A stretch of 64,000 bases of DNA from Candidatus Sumerlaeota bacterium (GCA_007132905.1 SLNR01000020.1:5859-69858); one strand, 5' to 3'. Shown: positions 29,901-38,531, counted from the first letter of the stretch. A program made the numbers and translations. Notes: generated by a model not told the origin, from the sequence alone.

Positions 29901-30556
29901 CAAAAACAGAAGAGCGGATTGGATCATTAAGAAAGCAGATGGATAATTTAGGAGATGTCCAATTAAGTGCCGTAGAAGAGCAAAAAAGGGTGCTTTCCCG
30001 ATTTGATTTTCTAAACAGACAATTCGATGACCTCAAAGAGGCCCAAGCAGATCTTCATCAAGTTATTGAAGACATTGATAAAGTGATGAAGAAAAAATTC
30101 TGGGAGACTTTTGAGCAGATTCGGATTCATTTCAATGAAGTTTTTGCCCGCTTGTTCGACGGGGGGAGTGCGGATTTAGTGCTGGCAGAACCGGCTGATC
30201 CACTCGAATCCGGATTAGACATAAAGGTGCAGCCTCCCGGAAAGAAGCTGCAAAACCTAACACTCATGTCCGGCGGGGAAAAGGCCTTAACGGCTATTAG
30301 TTTGCTTTTTGCGGTACTTAAAACTAGGCCGACGTCTTTTTGTGTTCTTGACGAAATTGATACCTCTTTGGATGAATCCAATGTGGAGCGCTTCTCCCGG
30401 TTTCTACGAGAATTGACCGACCCAACCCAGTTTATTGTCGTTACTCACCGAAAAGGGACCATGGAAACCGCCGATGTAATGTACGGAGTGACTATGGAAG
30501 AGGCGGGAGTTTCAAAGATGATTTCAGTCAAATTCTCTCACCAAGCTGTTTCTTAA
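26984..30556 (+). CDS. smc: chromosome segregation protein SMC
   Basis: A TTG start after GGAGGGAGA gives (M)YLKRLEINGFKSFAD and GPNGSGKSN. It has long coiled coils, a hinge, and a C-terminal LSGGEKALTAISLLFA...LDEIDTSLD. Confidence 0.9.
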   Translation: MYLKRLEINGFKSFADKTKVELKEGINAVVGPNGSGKSNISDAVLWVLGEQNARILRGSRMEDVIFSGSDKRKVKGLAEVNLILDNSDGTFPLDYSEVSIKRRLYRTGDSEYFINKTPCRLKDIHELLVDTGFGRDAFSHIGQGRIDEILSVKPEERRTVVDDAAGLIKYKNRKKEAHKKLDETKKSIVRVEDILIELESQLEPLAQQADKAKEYLKLKEEIDELEISKTVWLIHNLKSELTEKQKKHDLLVDEITEMEARTASVESSLEKKQLKIQTLDREIREKQMNLQEKKSRLERCEGDLRYSQRQQEDLKKSFHNTAAEIDSLEQEKEETAIAYAGEKEKMKEVTTSLEELLEESEQENQKYTAVIEEITQKGKSLEEKKSFLIDIMNQLADASHKMRMKEAELDRNENELEKRGLEKKQALQEMETLLERKQDLESQKERAAERKNEKEQSLKRADKEKENVLASIKNHDQETSDLQDKIRQMESRLNALEEMSKGYEGYHKGVRSVLLGLRKKAFDGEGICGVVSELIHVEKEFEAAISTALGGSLQNIVTETANDAMKAIDHLKESKGGRCTFLPLESIGAKPRTDTFQRISSEKGYIGVAADLVVFEEKYQAVLEHLLGNIAVFSNLRDASKAAKKANHRLRIVTVDGDMISSGGAMSGGSQSSFQMGLLGRSREIKTLKKKINQKTQDIENRSERKEAYVGRLDIAEERIRELSDALKQGEIQRAEISKEFEQIEYERKRLAKQLNTIEHEVKLLQENMDSAAQEREVLKREQNMKNQLKEETNREIEKLTDTLSEEETIKENMSAKVTDSRVEIASIEQKKQNMNEQVQMFEKMLAKHENRLEKLQIDKKKAQEDLTLTEKEQTSLKDQRDALLSERTTAEKDLKDQEEDRDSLAQNLEEEEKELKKVRKKANRAKEKCHALDIDITRQDIEIRNQSEKLCNEYSLDTENLNGQTCKPIDLSKTEERIGSLRKQMDNLGDVQLSAVEEQKRVLSRFDFLNRQFDDLKEAQADLHQVIEDIDKVMKKKFWETFEQIRIHFNEVFARLFDGGSADLVLAEPADPLESGLDIKVQPPGKKLQNLTLMSGGEKALTAISLLFAVLKTRPTSFCVLDEIDTSLDESNVERFSRFLRELTDPTQFIVVTHRKGTMETADVMYGVTMEEAGVSKMISVKFSHQAVS

Positions 30557-30580
30557 GCAATCTTATCAGGGAGGCGGACG

Positions 30581-31501
30581 ATGAACATATTCAATCGTTT
30601 TAAACAATCATTGGAAAAGACAAGGCAGAACCTGCATAATAGCGTAAGTGGTCTTTTCTCTCGGCACGGAGGCTTGACAGAGGAAATGCTGGAAGAACTA
30701 GAAGACATTTTAATCGGGGCTGATATTGGTGTGACCACTACCATGAAACTGGTTGATACCTTAAGGGAGAAAAACCGCAGGCAGAGAATGAAGACGGACG
30801 AAGAAATTGTAGAGGTTTTACAAGAAGAAATCGAAAAAATGATAACAAACGGCACCAATGGAGAAGAACCGGTCAAACAGGAACAACCGCTTTTGATAAA
30901 TTTGATAGTTGGTGTCAATGGTGTCGGGAAAACGACTTCCATAGCGAAACTAGCTCACATGCATAAACAGATGGGTAAAAAAGTAATGCTGGCGGCAGCC
31001 GATACTTTTCGGGCCGCTGCCATAGATCAGCTTTTGATTTGGGGGGAGCGGCTAAATCTGCCGGTGGTCCATCATAAAGAAGGGGGAGACCCCGCGGCGG
31101 TTGTCTATGACAGCATTGAGTCGGCCAAAGCCAAAAAAATGGATGTGCTGATTGTCGATACGGCAGGAAGGCTTCATACCAAAGTAAATCTCATGGAAGA
31201 GTTAAAAAAGATGAAGAGAGTCATTCAAAGAGAACAAGAGACAACCGGCTGCGAGACGCTTTTGGTCCTCGATGCCACCACAGGCCAAAACGGGATTGCC
31301 CAGGCAAAAATGTTTCATGAGGCGGTGGACGTTGATGGAATTGTTCTTACCAAACTAGACGGGACAGCCAAAGGCGGGATAGTGGTGGCTGTGAAAGATT
31401 CTCTGGGGATCCCGATTCGATATGTAGGGACCGGCGAAAGCCTTGAAGATATAAGTGCTTTCGATCCAAAAGCTTTCGCACAAGCTTTGTTTTCGGTGTA
31501 G
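30581..31501 (+). CDS. ftsY: signal recognition particle receptor FtsY
   Basis: SRP-GTPase motifs GVNGVGKTT, DTAGR and TKLDGTAKGG. Confidence 0.95.
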   Translation: MNIFNRFKQSLEKTRQNLHNSVSGLFSRHGGLTEEMLEELEDILIGADIGVTTTMKLVDTLREKNRRQRMKTDEEIVEVLQEEIEKMITNGTNGEEPVKQEQPLLINLIVGVNGVGKTTSIAKLAHMHKQMGKKVMLAAADTFRAAAIDQLLIWGERLNLPVVHHKEGGDPAAVVYDSIESAKAKKMDVLIVDTAGRLHTKVNLMEELKKMKRVIQREQETTGCETLLVLDATTGQNGIAQAKMFHEAVDVDGIVLTKLDGTAKGGIVVAVKDSLGIPIRYVGTGESLEDISAFDPKAFAQALFSV

Positions 31502-31524
31502 CTTTTCTTTTCTTTTTACTTTCG

Positions 31525-31611
31525 GCAGGAAAAAAAAAGCAAGAGAAGAATGATTTTAGGGAATGGGTAACTTAAGGGAAGAGTTGACGGTAAGTTCCTG
31601 CCTTTTTTTTT
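31525..31611 (+). terminator. possible large-loop terminator after ftsY
   Basis: GGCAGGAA (31525-31532) pairs with TTCCTGCC (31595-31602), followed by T9. The 62-nt loop makes this atypical. Confidence 0.3.
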
Positions 31612-31729
31612 CACTTCAGACTGTTTAAGAAAAAAGATGTTACATTCTGTATTTGGACTTAGACAGCAGTATTTAAAAATGCGGGTGGAGACTACGGCTA
31701 GGTATTAAAATAGAAGGGAGCGGGGATCT

Positions 31730-33091
31730 TTGGAGAAAAAACACAGGGAGCTTCTAAAAAAGCTGGTGCCTTCTCTAAAGGATGTGCCGTCTGATTCAGA
31801 TTATTGGCTGAAGAGATCCGAAAAGGCTTTGGGAAAGAGCACTCATGATCGAGAGGTGTATCCCGTACTTGATCCCAATAAAGGAGAAGGGCTGCGCTTG
31901 TATGATCTGGAAGGCAATGAATATATCGATGTGACCGCCGGCGTAGCGGTAAAGGCGCTCGGCACTAGAAATCCCGACCTTGTGGCGTTTGAAAAGGAAA
32001 TTTCTCATGTGACCGAAGAATATTCCGGTCAAGATTTTGACTATATTAACCAAACTGTTTTATCTGAGCGCCTCACGGACATTACCCCTAATAGCAAAGA
32101 AAAAGAAAAGCAGTGTTTTTTTACAACCAGCGGGGCAAGAGCTATTGAAAATGCAGTGAAATCCGCCATGGATACCACTCGTAAACATAGATTTGTGGGG
32201 TTTCGACCCGCGTTTCACGGAAGAACGGGGCTGGCTCTAACACTAACTGCATCTAAAGCTGCTCACCGAGAGTATTTCCCCGCCGCTTTCCCCGTTGTAA
32301 GGGCTCCGTATGCTTATTGTTATCGCTGTCCTTATAATCTTAAACCTGAAGATTGCGAGCAGAAAGCTTATTGCGTCGAGCAGATCTACGACATGGTCAG
32401 TATGGAAGGAACCGATATCGCCGGGATTGTCTTTGAATCTATCTGCGGGGAGGGCGGAATTATCGTTCCGCCAAAATCCTTCGCGAAGGGTTTGCGAAAA
32501 CTGGCTGATGACCTTGACGCCGTTTTGATCGCCGATGAAATACAAGCCGGATTGGGAAGATCAGGGAAATGGTGGGCCTATGAACATGCCGGGATTGAAG
32601 TGGACACGGTTTGCGCTGCCAAGGCTCTAGGTGCGGGTTGGCCAATGGGTGTTACGATCGGCGATAAACCGATGTTTACGGCCGATGGAAGAAATTCTGA
32701 GACTTTCTCAGCAGAACCTAGGATGGCTTTGTTGTCTTTGTTTGTGCTCCATTACATTGAAAAGCACAACTTGATCGAGAATGCAGAAAAAATGGGAGCT
32801 TATATGCTCAAAAGACTCAATGAGATGAAAGAGAAATTCAAGTGTGTTGGAGATGCACGGGGACTTGGTTTGATGCTGGGCATCGAGATTGTTGAGGATA
32901 AAAAATCAAAGAAAAGGGATCCGGAGAAGCGGGATGCTGTCTTGAAAAATGCAGTTCAAAAGCAAAGGCTGCTAATCCTTCCTTCCGGAAAGAATACACT
33001 TCGGCTCCTTCCGCCACTGACAATCACCATGGAGGAAGCAGAAGATGCTTGCAATCGATTAGAAAAGGCTCTGGAAGAAACGAGCGTTTAA
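31730..33091 (+). CDS. class-III PLP-dependent aminotransferase-fold enzyme (substrate unknown)
   Basis: 453 aa with a TTG start. Motifs are TSGARAIENAVK, DEIQAGLGRSGKWWAYEH and the PLP-lysine context CAAKALGAGWPMG. Confidence 0.85.
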   Translation: MEKKHRELLKKLVPSLKDVPSDSDYWLKRSEKALGKSTHDREVYPVLDPNKGEGLRLYDLEGNEYIDVTAGVAVKALGTRNPDLVAFEKEISHVTEEYSGQDFDYINQTVLSERLTDITPNSKEKEKQCFFTTSGARAIENAVKSAMDTTRKHRFVGFRPAFHGRTGLALTLTASKAAHREYFPAAFPVVRAPYAYCYRCPYNLKPEDCEQKAYCVEQIYDMVSMEGTDIAGIVFESICGEGGIIVPPKSFAKGLRKLADDLDAVLIADEIQAGLGRSGKWWAYEHAGIEVDTVCAAKALGAGWPMGVTIGDKPMFTADGRNSETFSAEPRMALLSLFVLHYIEKHNLIENAEKMGAYMLKRLNEMKEKFKCVGDARGLGLMLGIEIVEDKKSKKRDPEKRDAVLKNAVQKQRLLILPSGKNTLRLLPPLTITMEEAEDACNRLEKALEETSV

Positions 33092-33092
33092 G

Positions 33093-33137
33093 AATTGAAA
33101 GAGCGCTCCTCTTTTTTGGAGGAGCGCTCTTTCAATT
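33093..33137. repeat. 19-bp perfect inverted repeat (strong hairpin or terminator) after the aminotransferase gene
   Basis: AATTGAAAGAGCGCTCCTC-ttttttg-GAGGAGCGCTCTTTCAATT, read directly from the sequence. Confidence 0.7.
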
Positions 33138-33207
33138 CATTCTTGTGCGCGGAGTCTTGTTCTGGTATTCTACAAACTGAGTAGGACAAAGGAATGGAGA
33201 GGTGTTT

Positions 33208-34314
33208 ATGAAGATCGGCGAGCATAAAGCGATGGCGTTATGTAAACATTTTGAGATACCGACAGTCAACCACTATCTGATTGAAACCAGCTCAATCCCT
33301 GTGGATGACTGGGCACCCATGAAGATGCCGGTGGCTTTTCAAAAGATTTCTTTACAAGAAAAGAGCCCCACCCAAAGGGTTGAAGAAGAAGAAGATTTGA
33401 TTTTTTTTGTGGAGAATTTTTTTCAATCACGAGAAAAAGGGGATAAAATTTTCATAAAGGAGCTGCCGATTTTTAAAGAAAAAATCTTTGTAGACATGGG
33501 CATCAATTATCAAGCGGGGAGTGTTTTTTTAAGGATTGTACCTTGCAAAGGAGCTCTTGTAAAGGAAATTGAAATGGAAATGATGAGCGAGCAAGAAATA
33601 AGCCAACATCAGTTTTTTGAATTTGTCCGTAGCGGCGGGTTTCAGGGACATGTTCTAAATCAAATGGGCCGGCTGCTTTTTCGAATGACTCACATGTTTT
33701 TTCAGGCGGATTTAACAGAAGTCAAGCTGTCTCCCGTCCACATGACCCTGGAAGGGGATGTTTTGGTGGGCGGTGTTAAAATGGAGATGGATGATGCGGC
33801 TTTAAGCAGACAGGAGAAAGTCCTTGACTTTTATCGGGGAGATCAAGAAAACGATCTGCTGAGAGAATTTCGTCAGGCAAGTCTTGTCTATAGAGCAATT
33901 GACCTGCAAGGAGAGGTCGGCGTCATTGCCAGCGGAATCGGACTCACTTTGTCCTCGTTGGATTATGTGGTGCAGGCAGGTTTGTCGGCGTGCGGAAGTC
34001 TTGTTTTGGGCGGGGGCATTCTTGAAGAGAAAATGGCTTCCGGGGTTAGATTAATGAAAAAGATCAAGGGGATACAAGGAATATTGATTAATGTTTTTGG
34101 CGGGGCTAACAGCTGTGAGATTATGGCGAAAGGGATTGCCACCGGTTTGGAAGAAGAGCCGCAAGATATCCCTATTATTGTAAAAATGACCGGTCATGAC
34201 CAGGAAGAGGGATGGCGAGTGCTTGAAGAGGCGGGACTGTTTTTGGTTCGCAGTCCGTCTAGTGAACTTGCTGTGGAAAGCCTGAAGAAATTGACTTTAG
34301 CAGAAAGGAAGTAA
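33208..34314 (+). CDS. succinyl-CoA synthetase beta-subunit-like protein with a degenerate ATP-grasp site
   Basis: By-eye collinearity with SucC: IGEHKAMALCKHFEIP vs LHEYQAKQLFARYGLP; ILINVFGG vs VLVNIFGG; IIVKMTGHDQEEG vs VVVRLEGNNAELG. The GGRGKAGGV loop is absent. Confidence 0.6.
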   Translation: MKIGEHKAMALCKHFEIPTVNHYLIETSSIPVDDWAPMKMPVAFQKISLQEKSPTQRVEEEEDLIFFVENFFQSREKGDKIFIKELPIFKEKIFVDMGINYQAGSVFLRIVPCKGALVKEIEMEMMSEQEISQHQFFEFVRSGGFQGHVLNQMGRLLFRMTHMFFQADLTEVKLSPVHMTLEGDVLVGGVKMEMDDAALSRQEKVLDFYRGDQENDLLREFRQASLVYRAIDLQGEVGVIASGIGLTLSSLDYVVQAGLSACGSLVLGGGILEEKMASGVRLMKKIKGIQGILINVFGGANSCEIMAKGIATGLEEEPQDIPIIVKMTGHDQEEGWRVLEEAGLFLVRSPSSELAVESLKKLTLAERK

Positions 34315-34318
34315 AAAG

Positions 34319-35206
34319 ATGGCCGTCTTAATTGACAGTAATACAAAGATTATGGTGCAGGGTATAACAGGGGCACAAGGAGCTTATCATTCACAGCTGA
34401 TGAATCTGTATACAAAAGACCGCGTTGTGGGCGGGGTCAGTCCAGGCAGAGGCGGGATGAACATTTCCGGTATTCCTGTTTATGATACGATCTCGGCTCT
34501 GAAAAAAGAAGCCCAAGTGGATGCTTCTTTAGTCATGGTGCCTCACCAGCATGTCCTTGATGCTGTCTGGGAGGCTGTGGACAACGAGATTGAGCTGGTC
34601 GTCATTGTAGCAGAAAATGTTCCTCTGCATGATACCATACGAATGAAGTCGCTCTCTCGGGGTAGCAGGACAAAGATAATCGGGCCCAATACCATGGGCA
34701 TTATTAGTCCAGGGAAAAGCAAAATCGGTGTGATGCCGGAAAAGCTCTATAAAGAAGGGAAAGTGGGCATTCTTTCTCTTTTGGGCACGCTGAATTATGA
34801 AGCGGCTTGGAATTTGAGTGAAAACGGAATCGGACAATCCACCTGCCTGGCCATCGGAGGCGACAAGCTGACAGGAATCAGCATTACAGAGGGGCTAGAG
34901 TATTATCGGCTGGATGAACGAACCGAACAAGTCATCCTCATAGGCGAAACACCTTATCTTGATATTGAAGGGATCTATCATTATTTAAGCAGTGCTTCCT
35001 ACCATAAACCGATCTATGCCTTTTTGGCAGGACAGTCGGCTTCCTTGTATTACGGAAAAGATTTCTTTTCTCGGTTAGGTTGTGGCGAGCCATATCCAAT
35101 CGACATTAAAGAGGCGAGAAAAAAACTAGAAGCCTGCCGAGTAAGGGTTATGGACTCCATGACAGAACTTATAGATGGGATCAAAATGGCTCATCATGGA
35201 AAATAA
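34319..35206 (+). CDS. succinyl-CoA synthetase alpha-subunit-like protein lacking the phosphohistidine motif
   Basis: MAVLIDSNTKIMVQGITGAQG, GGVSPGRGG and GQSTCLAIGGD match SucD. The MGHAGA position reads FFSRLGCG. Confidence 0.7.
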   Translation: MAVLIDSNTKIMVQGITGAQGAYHSQLMNLYTKDRVVGGVSPGRGGMNISGIPVYDTISALKKEAQVDASLVMVPHQHVLDAVWEAVDNEIELVVIVAENVPLHDTIRMKSLSRGSRTKIIGPNTMGIISPGKSKIGVMPEKLYKEGKVGILSLLGTLNYEAAWNLSENGIGQSTCLAIGGDKLTGISITEGLEYYRLDERTEQVILIGETPYLDIEGIYHYLSSASYHKPIYAFLAGQSASLYYGKDFFSRLGCGEPYPIDIKEARKKLEACRVRVMDSMTELIDGIKMAHHGK

Positions 35207-35240
35207 AGAGCCTGAATATTTACGATAAAAAGCTAAAGAA

Positions 35241-36860
35241 ATGAGGGATTGTGAAGTGTATGATGTGATAATTAAAAACGGTATTATTGCCGATGGCACG
35301 GGAAAAGAAGTGTATAAGGGCGATGTAGCGATTGCTGGTGAAAAAATTGCAGCCATAGGAGATTTGGATTCAAGCCAAAGCCAAAAGGTCATCGATGTTG
35401 ATCAAAAGGTCATTGCCCCCGGCTTTATTGATATTCACTCCCACTCCGATGCCACCTTGTTAGCCAATCCGCTGGCTGAAAGCAAAGTTCGTCAAGGAAT
35501 AACAACAGAAGTTACCGGACAGTGCGGAACTTCGGCAGCGCCTGTGATGGGAGAAGGATTGAAAAGCATACAGAAACTCTATGATAAATTTGATGTGCAG
35601 ATCCAATGGAATACGGTGGCCGAATATCGCGCAGAACTCGAAAAGAAAAGAGTTTCTGTCAATACGGCCCCATTAATTGGCTTAGGGACGGTTCGAATGG
35701 ATGTGATGGGGCATGCTTCGCGAGCTGCTTCAGAAGAAGAACTGAAGAATATGGAAAAAGTTATTGATCAAGGTATGTCAGAAGGTGCTTTTGGAGTTTC
35801 AAGCGGACTGATTTATCCACCGGGCTGTTTTAGCAGCACAGAAGAACTAGTAAGAATGGCTCGTGTGGTAGCAAAATATAACGGACTTTATGTCAGTCAT
35901 ATCCGTGGAGAGAGCGAAACCCTTATAGCTTCTGTGAAGGAAGCTATTGATATTGGAGAACGCTCCGGAGCTCGAGTTCACATTTCTCATCATAAAGCAG
36001 CGGGGAAAGATAATTGGGGAAAGGTTGAAGAAACCCTTGGCATGATTGATGACGCTAGGTGTCGAGGCATTGACGTGGCGTTCGATGTTTATCCGTACAT
36101 TGCCGGCAGCACTTCATTGGTTACTTTGATTCCGTCTTGGGCGCATGAAGGCGGAACGGAAGCACTGCTGACTCGTCTTAAAGATGAAAAGATAAGAGGA
36201 CGATTAAAAAAGGAGATTCGTGAGGGGATTGAAGGTTGGGAAAATTTTGCGGCCGCCGCGGGCTGGGAGAATATCCTCATCGTGCGTCTTGAGTCGGATA
36301 AAAATAAGACATTTGAAGGGAAGACCATCGAAGAAGCCGCCAAACTTAGGGATCAAACCCCGATGGATACAATTTTTGACTTGGTCTTAGAAGAAGAAGG
36401 GCAGACTGTTTCTATGGTTATGTTTTTGATGTGCGAAAAAGACGTGGAACAGGTGATGAAGCATCATGCCGCCCATATCGGTTCAGATTCTGCAACAGTG
36501 GCTCCTTATGGAATTCTAGGATCAGGCAAACCTCATCCGAGAACCTACGGTACATTCCCCAGGGTTTTAGGAAAATATGTCAGGGAAAGAGAAGTTTTGC
36601 CGCTGGCAGAAGCGATTAAGAAAATGACGGGGGCCTCGGCGGACCGCATGGGCATGAAAGGAAGGGGATACATTCAAGCAGGTAATTACGCCGACATAGT
36701 GGTTTTTGACCAACATCAAATTGAAGATCAGGCCACTTTCTCAGCTCCTCATCAGTACGGCAAAGGAATCCATTATGTCTGGGTGAATGGCGAACTGGTG
36801 GTATGTGAAGGCGAGCATACCAAAAAAGGGCCTGGTAAAGCGTTGTTTTTCCAACCCTAG
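35241..36860 (+). CDS. N-acyl-D-amino-acid deacylase (D-aminoacylase) family amidohydrolase
   Basis: 539 aa. It has YDVIIKNGIIADGTG, the metal motif GFIDIHSHSD, and QGITTEVTGQCG with the family's Cys ligand. Confidence 0.8.
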   Translation: MRDCEVYDVIIKNGIIADGTGKEVYKGDVAIAGEKIAAIGDLDSSQSQKVIDVDQKVIAPGFIDIHSHSDATLLANPLAESKVRQGITTEVTGQCGTSAAPVMGEGLKSIQKLYDKFDVQIQWNTVAEYRAELEKKRVSVNTAPLIGLGTVRMDVMGHASRAASEEELKNMEKVIDQGMSEGAFGVSSGLIYPPGCFSSTEELVRMARVVAKYNGLYVSHIRGESETLIASVKEAIDIGERSGARVHISHHKAAGKDNWGKVEETLGMIDDARCRGIDVAFDVYPYIAGSTSLVTLIPSWAHEGGTEALLTRLKDEKIRGRLKKEIREGIEGWENFAAAAGWENILIVRLESDKNKTFEGKTIEEAAKLRDQTPMDTIFDLVLEEEGQTVSMVMFLMCEKDVEQVMKHHAAHIGSDSATVAPYGILGSGKPHPRTYGTFPRVLGKYVREREVLPLAEAIKKMTGASADRMGMKGRGYIQAGNYADIVVFDQHQIEDQATFSAPHQYGKGIHYVWVNGELVVCEGEHTKKGPGKALFFQP

Positions 36861-37147
36861 ATTAGTTATCCTTGAGCTTGTCCTTTTGGATAAGGACGCC
36901 TAATGGTGATACTAGCCATTCTAAAGTGAATTTTATTGCTTGGTTGTTCCTGATCGAAAATCTTCTTTTAGTTCTTTGCCAAGGGTTTCCCAGTGGACAG
37001 CTTCATAATTGTTTAAACGGTGTCGATATGACAAGCGAATTTGTGCTTATCGCTACTAAGGAGAGCCGTTAGCCGTTTTGTGAATATCATGGGATACACA
37101 GACCGGCAGCTAACTGCCGGATGGCAATTTGATGAGGGAGGGATTTC

Positions 37148-37435
37148 ATGAAAAAGGTAAAGGTTTACGGAAGCAAACACTGCCCGGACTGTAAACCTGT
37201 CTTGGATTTGCTGTTTGCCCACGGGATCGAATTTGAGTATGCAGATATCACAGAAGGGTTGTGGCAGGTCAAAGAGTTTTTAGATCTGCGGGAGAACCGT
37301 TCTGAATTCAACCGGATTCGGAAATCGGGGGCCATCGGGTTTCCCTGCATCGTTGTCGGTGATGAAGAAGCGATCTTTTTTCAGGATTTTGACATCGAAG
37401 AACTGGCTGCCCTTGTCAAAAGCAAAAAGCAGTGA
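37148..37435 (+). CDS. glutaredoxin-like thioredoxin-fold protein
   Basis: 95 aa. It has the CPDC redox motif after a beta-strand (KVYGSKHCPDC) and GFPCIVVG. GAGGGAGGG lies upstream. Confidence 0.7.
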   Translation: MKKVKVYGSKHCPDCKPVLDLLFAHGIEFEYADITEGLWQVKEFLDLRENRSEFNRIRKSGAIGFPCIVVGDEEAIFFQDFDIEELAALVKSKKQ

Positions 37436-37841
37436 TTTTGTTTGCGTTGAAAAAGAAACAGCGTAAAGATGAGATTTAACTGGTGGGCCCTCAAATAGAA
37501 AGGCGTTGACAAAACCTGCCGGGAAAAGAGTTACATGAGTATGCCCCGGGTACTACAAGCGTGGCCGCTGAGTCAGTCAGCTGCTTTGTACCTTTTGTGT
37601 TGCAGGTTGGCCCTATGCAAGGTAAATGTTGTTTTAGAAAAAATGTTTATTAAAATAGTGTACTTTATTTTGATAACTAGGCAACTTTTTGTTTCAATTG
37701 AGATATAAGTATTGATGCATAAGATGAATAATGAGTGTTATTAAAAGATGGGATAAGGGAACTTCTTGATTTAAATTCCGTCTAATTAAAGGCTGGATGA
37801 TCTAAAAGTCGATCTAAAATTATTTATAAAGGTGATCTATA

Positions 37842-38363
37842 TTGAAAAAATTTAAACTTTTTCTTTTAGGAACATTCATAACATTGATATTATCATCTAT
37901 CTATGTTGAGAAAAACTATTTGTACAGCCCTTTTACATTCCCACAAGGAAACATAGATGATTTAAGCAATTATTCCTTTTGGGATTTCAAGAAGCCCATT
38001 GTTATGCAAGCAGTCAAGTGGGATGAAGGGGAGCAAAGTTTTTCTCATTATGTTACAAATGAGGAAGATATAAAAAACTTACTCCAACAGTTTGATGAAG
38101 CCCGTAAAATAAAAGCATATTCAAGCACTCCCGCTGAAGACAGCGGAGCAAAGTACAGTATAATATTTAGACAAGTTGAAGGATTTAAGCAAGTTGAAGA
38201 TTGGGACCATGATATAGCTCAAGGAAGGAATTTAATTGAATTCCGCTTCTATGAAAATTATGATGTAATTGACGTCAGTGGAGTACATTTTTATGAATTA
38301 GAAACCGACTTCAGACAAGACATAGTAAGTCTTTTATACAAAGAAAAATGGCATTATTGGTAA
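37842..38363 (+). CDS. hypothetical membrane-anchored or secreted protein
   Basis: 173 aa. A TTG start follows AAAGGTGA. There is an N-terminal hydrophobic helix (LFLLGTFITLILSSIY), the gene is AT-rich, and I recognise no family. Confidence 0.45.
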   Translation: MKKFKLFLLGTFITLILSSIYVEKNYLYSPFTFPQGNIDDLSNYSFWDFKKPIVMQAVKWDEGEQSFSHYVTNEEDIKNLLQQFDEARKIKAYSSTPAEDSGAKYSIIFRQVEGFKQVEDWDHDIAQGRNLIEFRFYENYDVIDVSGVHFYELETDFRQDIVSLLYKEKWHYW

Positions 38364-38503
38364 TAATTGTATTAAAGGGGATTGAGCAAATAGTAGCAGG
38401 TATTTTCCAATTTGTATCTAATGCGGTAGGTGCAATATACTCTTTTAGGCGACACAAATAAACCTTTAAAGAAATAGCGAAAGGCTACCAAAAAAAATTT
38501 TAG

Positions 38504-38531
38504 AAGAAGGCAGTTTATGCCTTCTTTTTTT
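38504..38531 (+). terminator. rho-independent terminator
   Basis: AAGAAGGCA-gttta-TGCCTTCTT followed by a T-run. Confidence 0.6.

Noticed and set aside
27265-30381. Many 65-120 aa minus-strand ORFs inside smc, plus the plus-strand 28743-28961 ORF
   Set aside because: The Lys/Glu/Gln-rich coiled-coil coding sequence keeps the antisense frames open. The translations are Ser/Phe/Leu-rich low-complexity strings.
30553-30942. 129-aa minus-strand ORF across the smc/ftsY junction
   Set aside because: It is antisense to the well-supported ftsY N-terminus and has no independent signals.
36872-37222. ORFs 36872-37072 (+) and 37013-37222 (-), and a minus-strand frame ending ...NNYEAVHWETLGKELKEDFRSGTTKQ that looked like a gene remnant
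   Set aside because: There are no start codons in the suggestive frame, no RBS and no family recognised. The minus-strand ORF also overlaps the grx-like gene start. I treated the stretch as non-coding spacer.
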